DNA from: an uncultured bacterium
GTDB lineage: Bacteria; Krumholzibacteriota; Krumholzibacteriia; Krumholzibacteriales; Krumholzibacteriaceae
Reading direction: 5' to 3'
Assembly: GCA_965371515.1 (NCBI GenBank)
Contig: CBDUYR010000042.1
Coordinates: 1 to 24,635 of the forward strand
Length of the DNA stretch: 24,635 nt
Of this stretch, positions 6,877 to 15,700 are shown piece by piece (positions within the stretch are counted from its first letter, which is position 1; each line of letters opens with the position of its first letter). The position numbers were made by a program, and so were the translations under genes. The notes under the pieces are model-generated. The model did no database searches. It saw only the letters and a program-made list of their open reading frames with translations, and was not told the DNA's origin.

Positions 6877-6901
6877 ATGCCTGACAAATATAGTCAATTG
6901 C
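6877..6901. promoter_or_regulatory. IscR/Rrf2 type-1-like operator upstream of the Nfu gene
   Basis: ATGCCTGACAAATATAGTCAATTGC matches 20/25 positions of ATASYYGACTRWWWYAGTCRRSTAT (hand count) and overlaps a minus-strand TTGACT -35-like hexamer. Confidence 0.65.
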
Positions 6902-6902
6902 G

Positions 6903-6918
6903 TACTGGAATTCCAGTA
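6903..6918. repeat. Perfect 16-bp palindrome in the divergent intergenic region
   Basis: TACTGGAA-TTCCAGTA. Confidence 0.7.
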
Positions 6919-7074
6919 TTGAAATCGTTTTTCTGAGATCTCCGCCGAAGGCCCCGGAGATCCAGAAATCGCTTGTCGGCCCGATCTCATATTCCTATTT
7001 TCATGACAGATACAGTATTATATTCCGTCACAGACATCTCGCCGGAATTCCGCTATAAAGGAGAGACCGTTCCT

Positions 7075-10000
7075 ATGAGAGACCGCTATCGTAATTTGCC
7101 GGCCCTGCTTCTTTCTCTGTCGATATTACTGTCGATCCTCATTCTTCCCGCCGTCTCAAACGCCGAAGAGACCGAGGATAAGCGCATCGCGAGGATAAAC
7201 CGCGAGATCGCCGAAAGGGGAAGCAGCTGGACGGCCGGAAAGACCTGGCCCGGCTCCCTTTCCGCCGAGGAGAGAAAGCAGCTCCTCGGACTCCTCCCGA
7301 CTCCCGCGCCGGCCGACGGTATCGCCCCTCTTCCGCTGAGGACATTCGAGAGTAGCACCGCCGTTCCTCCAGTGTTCGACTGGCGCTCTCTCGACGGAGT
7401 CACGCCCGTCACCAACCAGGGCGGATGCGGGTCGTGCTGGGCATTCGCTGCGGTCGCGCAGCTCGAGTCGTTCGCGAGGATCTACGACGTGCGGATGCTC
7501 GATCTCTCCGAGCAGGCCGTCATCGACTGCAATCCCTACGGCTCAGACTGCGGCGGCGGCTGGATGCAGTCGGCCTATTATATCTTCCAGACCTACGGGG
7601 CGGTCTCCGAGGCGTGCATCCCCTACACCGCGTCCGACGGCCATCCCTGCACGCAGACATCATGCGAGCCAAAGGCAAAGATCTCAGGATACGCCGAGGT
7701 ATCCAATTCCACGACCTCGATAAAACAGGCCATATACGACTACGGCCCTGTCACTACCGCATTTTACGTGCACAGCGACTTCTACCAGTACACCGGCGGT
7801 TGCTGGGACTACGACTACGACTACACGCCGAACCATGCGATGCTCATTGTCGGCTGGGACGACTCGGCATGCAGCTCCGCGGGCGCCTGGATCGTCAAAA
7901 ACAGCTGGGGGCCGTTCTGGGGCGACGGCGGATACGCTTACATAAAATACGGCGCATGCGGCATCGGCGAGAGCGGCGTCTACACGATCGACTACATCCC
8001 CAGCGTCGTCTTCGTAGATATAATCACTCCGGACGGCGGAGAGGAGCTCGAAGCAGGAGAGGAATTCGAGATCACGTGGACGACCTCGCGCGAAGTGCCC
8101 GACTCGATAAGCGTGCTGGCCAGCCTCGACGGGGGAACAAGCTACGACTCGACGCTAGTCAGCGGCCTTCCCGGCTCGGCTGCAAGCTACTTGTGGACCG
8201 TCCCCGAATGGCCCGTCCGCACGATGAGGGTCAAGGTCGTCGCGTATTTCGGCGGCGACGTCGGCGGGTACGGCACGAGCGAGGGCGACTTCAGGATCAT
8301 CGGCATGCCGTACGTATACGCCTCCTCCACCGGCGGCAACATCTATCCGTACACGCTGCCCCATTGGGCAGCCCTCGACATTCAGGACGCGGTCGACGCC
8401 GCGTGGGACGGCGACTCGGTCATGGTGGCCGCGGCGACTTACTACGCTTCCGTTACAGTCGAATCATCGATCCTGCTTCTCGGTGGATGGGACGCGGGTT
8501 TCTCGTCGCGCGATCCATCGGTGAACGTCACGACGATCCAGAGCCTCGGCAGCGTCGTCTCGTTCATGAGCGTTACCGGCTTCTGCGGGATAGACGGTTT
8601 CACGATCACTGGTGGATCGGGCAAGGGCGCTCAGCTCCCCGGTAACGGGATCTACGGCGGCGGGGTATTCGCATACAACAGTTCTCCATCGATAACGAAC
8701 AATACTATAACGAATTGCGGATACACGAACGGCACCCAGTTCAGCGGGGGCGGTGCGATTTCCTGCTATAACGGCCTGGTTACGATCGCGGGCAATACGA
8801 TCACGGACTGCGTCGCCCAGAGCGGCGGAGGGATCTACCTCTACCAGGCGTCGGCCGAAATCACGGATAACACGATCAGCGGCGCATTCCCATTCGCCGA
8901 ATACAACGGGACGAAGAACGGAGGCGGGATCTACGCACTCCACTCGGATGTCGTCATGACCGGCAACGTGATCGAAGACTGCACGGGTTACACCTTCGGA
9001 GGCGGGATCTACGCGAAGTTCGGCTCTATCGCGCTTGACGGCGACACGATCTCGTCCAACGCCTGCAAGTCCAGCGGGGGCGGCATCTGCACCGAGCGGG
9101 CCGGCCTCACCGTCTCGGGGGCCTTCGTGTCAAGCAACAACGCCGGCTCGATGGGCGGCGGGATCTACCACAGGCGGGCCGCAATCGATATCGACAACGC
9201 GATCCTCGCGCTCAACGAATCGTCAATGCTCGGAGGCGGCCTCTACGCCGACAGCGCCTGGGGAAGGATCGATCAGAGCACATTCGACCGTAACTCCGCG
9301 CTGTACGGGGGCGGCAACGTGATGCTCGGGATTATGGAGCCGGTGACGGTTAAGAACAACCTCTTCACTTACGGCAGCGGCCATGGATTCCAGGCGAACG
9401 GCCTGGCGAACGTAGACATGAGGTACAACAACGCCTTCGGCAACTCGCCCGAGGACTGGTTTCTCGTGACTCCCGACGAGACAAACGTCATCAGCAACCC
9501 GCACTACGCAGACACTGCGGCGTTCGACTATCATCTCGGAGCGCATTCCGGCGCGATCGACCGGGGCGACCCGGCCGGGCCCGGAGATCCCGACGGCTCG
9601 AGAGCCGACCAGGGAGTGTTCGGCGGGCCCGGGGCCGATTTCGCAGCCCCGACATTCGTGCAGGACCTTCTCGCGACAGCCATCGACGAGCAGACATACC
9701 ACCTCTCGTGGACCGGCCTGCCTCCAGGCGAGGCGGAGTTCTACAACATTTACGGCTCGCCGCTGTCGGATTTCATCCCGGGTGATACCATATTGTTCTT
9801 TTCAGTGCCCGCATCCGAGACAACGTTCGATTTTGATAATTCAATCTACGACTGCATGTACTTTCGTGTAGCCGCCGTCAACGCGGCGGGGTATTCCGGA
9901 GGCTGGTCCAATCTCACCGGCGACTGCACCTCGGGCGACCAGATCGATCCGGTCGTGCAGGTAGTACACCCGAACGGTGCGCAGCGGTTCTACGTAGGCC

Positions 10001-10572
10001 ACACGCTGGCAATCCAGTGGATCGCGACCGACAATGACGTGGTCGACTCGGTCAGCATCTGGCTTTCGGTCGACGCCGGCGCCGATTATACACGCCTCTT
10101 CAGCAACGAGCCGAACGACTCGATCTGCGAGTGGGAGATCCCGATGATGGACGCCGACTCCTGCGTGATAAAGATCATCGCGTACGACGCGGCGCTCAAC
10201 ACGGGCGAGGGGATCAGCGATGGATACTTCTCCATCAAGGACCAGACCGCGATCGGCGATGATGAGGAAGAAGGGGACGAGACGCCCGTATACGTCACGT
10301 CACTCGAGCAGAACTACCCCAACCCGTTCAACGGCGTGACGAACATCGCATACACGCTTGCCGAGGCCGGCATCGTCGACCTCCGGATATACGATACGGC
10401 GGGGAGGCTTATCAGGACGCTCGTGTCGGCCGCAGCGCGGCCATCCGGCAGGCACGTCACCGAATGGAACGGCCGGGACAACGCCGGCAGAGCGGTAACG
10501 TCCGGAGTCTACTTCGCGAAGATCAGCACGGGCAAGTTCAGGCAGACGAGAAAGATGGTTTACCTCCGCTGA
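7075..10572 (+). CDS. Secreted papain-family (C1A) cysteine protease with Ig-like, right-handed beta-helix, FN3-like and FlgD-Ig/T9SS-type C-terminal domains, 1165 aa
   Basis: Start moved to ATG 7075 (AAGGAG upstream), followed by a signal peptide ending VSNA. Catalytic motifs QGGCGSCWAF, NHAMLIVGW and WIVKNSWG. GGGIY beta-helix repeats, two P(D/N)G Ig domains, and terminal LEQNYPNPFN...WNGRDNAGRAVTSGVYF...RKMVYLR. Confidence 0.92.
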   Translation: MRDRYRNLPALLLSLSILLSILILPAVSNAEETEDKRIARINREIAERGSSWTAGKTWPGSLSAEERKQLLGLLPTPAPADGIAPLPLRTFESSTAVPPVFDWRSLDGVTPVTNQGGCGSCWAFAAVAQLESFARIYDVRMLDLSEQAVIDCNPYGSDCGGGWMQSAYYIFQTYGAVSEACIPYTASDGHPCTQTSCEPKAKISGYAEVSNSTTSIKQAIYDYGPVTTAFYVHSDFYQYTGGCWDYDYDYTPNHAMLIVGWDDSACSSAGAWIVKNSWGPFWGDGGYAYIKYGACGIGESGVYTIDYIPSVVFVDIITPDGGEELEAGEEFEITWTTSREVPDSISVLASLDGGTSYDSTLVSGLPGSAASYLWTVPEWPVRTMRVKVVAYFGGDVGGYGTSEGDFRIIGMPYVYASSTGGNIYPYTLPHWAALDIQDAVDAAWDGDSVMVAAATYYASVTVESSILLLGGWDAGFSSRDPSVNVTTIQSLGSVVSFMSVTGFCGIDGFTITGGSGKGAQLPGNGIYGGGVFAYNSSPSITNNTITNCGYTNGTQFSGGGAISCYNGLVTIAGNTITDCVAQSGGGIYLYQASAEITDNTISGAFPFAEYNGTKNGGGIYALHSDVVMTGNVIEDCTGYTFGGGIYAKFGSIALDGDTISSNACKSSGGGICTERAGLTVSGAFVSSNNAGSMGGGIYHRRAAIDIDNAILALNESSMLGGGLYADSAWGRIDQSTFDRNSALYGGGNVMLGIMEPVTVKNNLFTYGSGHGFQANGLANVDMRYNNAFGNSPEDWFLVTPDETNVISNPHYADTAAFDYHLGAHSGAIDRGDPAGPGDPDGSRADQGVFGGPGADFAAPTFVQDLLATAIDEQTYHLSWTGLPPGEAEFYNIYGSPLSDFIPGDTILFFSVPASETTFDFDNSIYDCMYFRVAAVNAAGYSGGWSNLTGDCTSGDQIDPVVQVVHPNGAQRFYVGHTLAIQWIATDNDVVDSVSIWLSVDAGADYTRLFSNEPNDSICEWEIPMMDADSCVIKIIAYDAALNTGEGISDGYFSIKDQTAIGDDEEEGDETPVYVTSLEQNYPNPFNGVTNIAYTLAEAGIVDLRIYDTAGRLIRTLVSAAARPSGRHVTEWNGRDNAGRAVTSGVYFAKISTGKFRQTRKMVYLR

Positions 10573-10594
10573 CACGGGCTGTAGAATCGATTCA

Positions 10595-11566
10595 ATGAGC
10601 AGTCACTCTCACGATCACCACCACGACCTCGAGGCGGGCCGCAGGATCACCTGGGTGGGGATGGGCGTCAACGCCGCATTGATCGCGCTGAAGCTGTGGG
10701 GCGGGTTTGCCGGCCGCAGCCGTGCGCTGATCGCCGATGCCGTTCACTCTATCTCAGATCTCGTGTCCGATTTCATCGTACTGATCGGCCTCCATTTTCT
10801 CGGCAAGAAAGAAGACGAGGAGCACCCGTACGGGCACGGAAAGATCGAGACGCTCGCCGCGATCGGTGTCGGCGTGCTTCTTCTCGCAGCGGCGGTGAAA
10901 ATCGGCTACGAGGCGTCATTCGCCATATACAGGGGCGATGTAGCGGCGCCGCACCGCTTTACCATTATCATCGCGGCTGCATCGGTCGCCGCAAAGGAGA
11001 TGCTGTACCATGCCACCGTCAGGATCGGGAGAAGGGTCGGAAGCGAGGCGCTGATAGCAAACGCCTGGCACCACCGCTCCGACGCGTGGTCCTCGGTCGT
11101 AACACTCGGCGGAGTGACGGCCGCATCCTTCGTGCCCAGGCTCCGGGTCCTCGATTCGTACGCCGCGCTCTTCGTCTCGTTTTTCATCGTGCGCGTGGCG
11201 GCGGAGATCCTCTGGAGCGCATTACGCAAGATCGTCGATACGGCCCCATCGGCAGAGTTCAGCAAGGCAGTGAAACTCATCGTCGAGCGGGTGCCCGGCG
11301 TACGCCAATGTCACGACATCATGGCGCGGTATTACGCCAGGCGGATACGGATGGAGCTGCACATTGTCGTCGATCCCGGCATGACCGTTGCAGAGGCGCA
11401 TGATATAATAGACCAAGTGGTGGAAGTGGTGACGACGAAATTCGAAGATATCGAGAAGATCCTCGTCCATGTCGATCCGGACAGGCGGGAGGACGCCACC
11501 TTTATGCGCCAGGCCGACGACGACGAAAAGACATCATCAGGGGAAGAAAAAGGGAGCACGGATTGA
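10595..11566 (+). CDS. Cation diffusion facilitator (FieF-like) metal transporter, 323 aa
   Basis: ALIADAVHSISD, HPYGHGKIE, NAWHHRSD and a C-terminal dimerisation domain (ELHIVVDP...AHDI...ILVHVDP); His-rich N-terminus MSSHSHDHHHD. Confidence 0.95.
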   Translation: MSSHSHDHHHDLEAGRRITWVGMGVNAALIALKLWGGFAGRSRALIADAVHSISDLVSDFIVLIGLHFLGKKEDEEHPYGHGKIETLAAIGVGVLLLAAAVKIGYEASFAIYRGDVAAPHRFTIIIAAASVAAKEMLYHATVRIGRRVGSEALIANAWHHRSDAWSSVVTLGGVTAASFVPRLRVLDSYAALFVSFFIVRVAAEILWSALRKIVDTAPSAEFSKAVKLIVERVPGVRQCHDIMARYYARRIRMELHIVVDPGMTVAEAHDIIDQVVEVVTTKFEDIEKILVHVDPDRREDATFMRQADDDEKTSSGEEKGSTD

Positions 11567-12696
11567 AAAAGATCGAGTATTTCAGGCACGGCATCGAAGA
11601 GGAAGAACTGCAGCGCCTCCGCGAAGTGCTCGGATCCCTGTTCATAACAACAGGCGAGACTGTCTACGAATTCGAGAACGACCTGGCGAAATACCTCGGG
11701 CTGCCTCATACGGTGGCGTTGACGAGCTGCACCGCGGCGATGCAGCTTGCCCTGCTTGCCGGAGGCGTGCGGCCGGAGGACGAGGTCATCACAACTACAA
11801 TGACATTCATAGGGACACCCAACGCAGTGCTGATGGCCGGTGCGACCCCCGTACTTGTAGACGTCGACCGCGGAACGGGCAACATCGATCCCGAGGCGGT
11901 CGAGGCGGCGATCACCAAACGTACGAAGGCAATAATGCCCGTTCACCTCTACGGGCAGATGTGCGACATGGACGCGCTCAGGGCGGTGGCCGACAGGCAC
12001 GGCCTCTTCATCGTCGAGGACGCGGCACACGCGATCGAGGCGAAGTGGAGCGGCAAAGCGCCGGGGCACTACGGCGAGTACGCGGCTTTCAGCTTCTACG
12101 CGACGAAGAACATCACCTCGGGAGAGGGCGGCTCGGTAACGGTCCGCGACGAGAAGCAGTACGAGCTGCTCAACATGCTCCGGCTGCACGGGTTCAACCA
12201 GCTCGCCGTCGACAGGTACACGAGCAACTACGAGAAGTACGACATCGGGATGTTCGGCTGGAAGTACAACATGGACAGCATCCACGCGGCGATACTGATC
12301 GAGCAGCTCAAGAAGATCGGCGGGTACGGCGTGCGGCGCCGTGAGATCTTTGAGCGATATACAGAAGCATTCTCGGAGATCGACGGGATCGAGCTCCATA
12401 CGACAAGGCCGGAGGCGGAGCACGCCTACCATCTGCTGACAATACTCGTCGACCCGGCCAGGAGGGACGCCGTGATGAACGGCCTCCAGGAGCGCGGCGT
12501 CGGCGTCTCGATAAACTTCGTCCCGGTCCACCAGATGACTTACTACCGTGAGAGGTTTGGATTCGAGGACGGGATGTTCCCCGTAGCCGAGGAGATCGGC
12601 GCGCGGACGATCAGCCTTCCCCTCTACCCGAAGCTGACCGACGAAGAGGTCGAGTACGTGATCGATGCGGTCAGAGAGACGGTCGCGGCAGTCTGA
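11563..12696 (+). CDS. DegT/DnrJ/EryC1/StrS family PLP-dependent sugar aminotransferase (ArnB-like), 377 aa
   Basis: TTG start overlaps the CDF stop, with GGGAG upstream. Motifs SCTAAMQLAL, AIMPVHLYG, VEDAAHA, FSFYATKNITSGEGG (PLP Lys) and ISLPLYP. Confidence 0.95.
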   Translation: MKKIEYFRHGIEEEELQRLREVLGSLFITTGETVYEFENDLAKYLGLPHTVALTSCTAAMQLALLAGGVRPEDEVITTTMTFIGTPNAVLMAGATPVLVDVDRGTGNIDPEAVEAAITKRTKAIMPVHLYGQMCDMDALRAVADRHGLFIVEDAAHAIEAKWSGKAPGHYGEYAAFSFYATKNITSGEGGSVTVRDEKQYELLNMLRLHGFNQLAVDRYTSNYEKYDIGMFGWKYNMDSIHAAILIEQLKKIGGYGVRRREIFERYTEAFSEIDGIELHTTRPEAEHAYHLLTILVDPARRDAVMNGLQERGVGVSINFVPVHQMTYYRERFGFEDGMFPVAEEIGARTISLPLYPKLTDEEVEYVIDAVRETVAAV

Positions 12697-12780
12697 GGCT
12701 CGCCGGAGAAACCGGAAGACCACCACGCCACATCGACCCGGAACCCAGCTGGATCAGCTCTTCATGAAGTGTGTAGAGCA

Positions 12781-15700
12781 TCACCTGAGCAGTACCATCT
12801 TCCGCGAGAGGCTCTCTTTTCCAGCGATCAGCCTGTAAAAATAGACGCCCGACGTGACATTTGTTCCGCTTCGGTCACGCCCGTCCCAGTCGACCGAGTG
12901 CTCGCCGCTCGCGTAGTGCCCGTCGGCCAGCACATTGATCTGCCTCCCGTTGACATCGAATATTTCGAGGCGCACATGCCCCGGCTGCGGGAGGAAAAAA
13001 CCGATGCTGGTCGACGGATTGAACGGATTGGGGCTGTTCTGCCGCAGCGCGAGCGGCATGACCGGCGTTGAGACCGCGGCCGTCTCGAAGAGGACCCTGC
13101 GCCCGTCTTCATCGATGCATTCTACGCGGTACCTGTAAGAGCTGCCGAACTCGAGGTCGCTGTCGACTAACGTGAACCTCAGGCCATCGCCGAAGATCAG
13201 GTCGTCGTCTAGCTGCCGCCATGTGTCCAATCCATCGAGAGCCCTTGACACCTCAAATGCCGGCACCGCCTCCGTCTCGACTATAGACCAGTTCAACTCA
13301 ACACAGCCATTTCTGAACGAAGCTTCCCAGCTGTCGATCATTACACCCACATAGGTCACATTGATCAGCAGTGTATTGGTGTGTGTTACAGCTTCAAGCG
13401 GATGGCCGGGCAGGCAGGAAGCAACCAGGATCTTCCCGGCAACAGGATGGGGCCGTATCCATACTATCTCCTGAACGTCCGGCTCAAAACACATACATTC
13501 GATGTGGGTGATCCACAGCCAGTCCTGCGCGCACATTGAAAGTGTCACGCTGTGCCCGTCGTATGGATTTCCCTGCGACGCAGCAACCCATTCGGGATTG
13601 TGTGTAAGAGCAGTCATCAGATAGGTTTCTGGAGCACTGAGAGCATAATCAACCGCGAAGACTCCATTGTCCCCCGCCTCGACGAAGACATAGATGCTGA
13701 AGGGTTCGTAAAGGACATCGGCATCCACTTCGTTCGAAGTCCGGTTTTCATCAGAGTAAAGATACATCTTCGCAGGAGGCACGTAGACAAAGTTCCTGAA
13801 GGTTTCTTCAAGCTCTGAACAGGCATTGCCGACCCTGTCCTCGACGCCGTCGACCCTGACTGTGTAATCGACATTGGCTATCGGCTCGACAGCGAGATTC
13901 AGCGTTACCTCATCGCTTATCCAGTCGATCGAATTCACCGCGATCTGCTGCGAAGCATCAGAGGATAGATAAACGAGGAAGTTGCCCATGTCGACCGCGG
14001 TCACAGAATCGACCGGTTCATCAAAAGTTATGACGAGTTTCATCAATTGCACAAGATCGACATCGAGTATCACTGGAGGGGTATCGTCTATGTACTGAAA
14101 ATCAGCTGAATCTGGGGCCATCGTGTTCTCTGCGAGGTCATTGATCCCTGATACCATCAGGCGGTAGAAAACATGCTGCGTCATATCATCGCCGAGCACC
14201 AGATTGACCGACATCTGGTCGGGAAGCCTCTCGGCGTCTAACACATCGATCCCGGAAGCGGGAGTCCCTTCAACATGCAGAGCATAGTTATTTTCATCCT
14301 GCGCGGTCGCCCTGGTGACCATCTCATCAAAATAGACAATGACGTTCCTTGCAGAGGGGCTCTCGGCATTAAGAAGGTGCGGAGGGATATCGTCGATAAA
14401 TTCGAAATCTTCAGATTCGGCGTATAGAGCGTTTCCGGAAGGATCTGTAACTCCGCGGATCAGCACCTTGTATGCAGTCCCGACGGGTGCCCCGCCTTCG
14501 ATCTCGAGATCGACCATGGTTCCGCCGGCGTCGAGGTCAGCCGACTGCAGCGGCAGTTGAACCGATGTATCGGTTGCCTCCACTACGGCGTACTTTGTGA
14601 CATCCTCCGCCGTCGCCGGATTGAGCTGTTCATCAAACTCCAGATGCACGATGCTGTCACTCGTCACAGTGAGGTTGATAAGCGACGGGGTGATGTTATC
14701 CCTGGCCTGGAACGACCAGCTCGAATCGGGATCGATCATGTTCCCGGCCATGTCACCGATCCCGATCATCCTGAGCGTATACATCTCCCCCAGACTCAGA
14801 GGTGTGGTCAGATGCAGTTCGGCTCTCAGCCCCGTATCATGCATCCTGACCGAATCGATTCCCATGGTAGCAGTCGAATCAGCGGCAAGGTACAGAAGGT
14901 AGCTTGCCGGATCTTCGGCGGCCTCATTGACCATCTCATTGAAGCGGATGTTCAAACGAGTAAAGTCGGGCAGGAATATCTCCAGGACCTCAGGAGGGTA
15001 AATATCGTTGCAGATGACTGTCCTCTGAAGCAGGGGGGCGATATTCCCTGCGACATCGCTGATCCCGATTGCGCGGACCGTATACTCCACTCCTGCCGTC
15101 AGCTCTTCCGCAAGGTAAAGACGGACGAGCAGGCCACTACCATACAGGGCGACACCTGACAGAGCCACCGGCTCCTCCGGGCTCTCAGCCGGAAAGACCT
15201 GGAAATATTCGGTATGACCACCCACATAGTCGTCTATCGCCTCGCTGAAGATCAGCTCGATGTGCATGAGCCCGTTGCATTCGGCGCTGATCATGTATGG
15301 GGGTATCGTATCCAGCGGAACGAAGGAGAAAGACCCGGGGTGCATATACAGCCCCGAGGTGTCCATGACTCCGCTGATCAAGAGCGTATATGCCTCTTCC
15401 TGTTCGATCGCCGGCGAAAAATCGAGCCTGACTGTCCTGCCGCCGTTGAGCCCGGCGGAGATGAGGTTCATTGGTTCGGCCGGCGGCCCGTTTCTTGAAA
15501 ACGTATAGTTCGAAATGTCTTCAGCCGAGGTCTGTTCCAGATCCTTGCTCCACACGATATCGAGCGCCATATCCGTGACAAGCGATATCTCGCTGACATA
15601 CGGCGGACAGTCGGCTGCCGTGAAACTTACTATCTCGGTGCCAGCCATCACGTTTCCAGAGTCATCCGCTATTCCCTCGACCCAGACCTCGTATGTAACG

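Noticed and set aside
6973..7074. N-terminal extension of the protease ORF
   Set aside because: The RBS and signal peptide fit ATG 7075.
7425..8645. 406-aa Arg-rich alternative-frame ORF
   Set aside because: Off-frame product of GC3 bias within the protease gene.
11332..12726. 464-aa minus-strand ORF
   Set aside because: Antisense shadow of the aminotransferase.
12697..12780. Bidirectional terminator between convergent genes
   Set aside because: Only 4-5-bp stems and no U-tract; cannot be supported.
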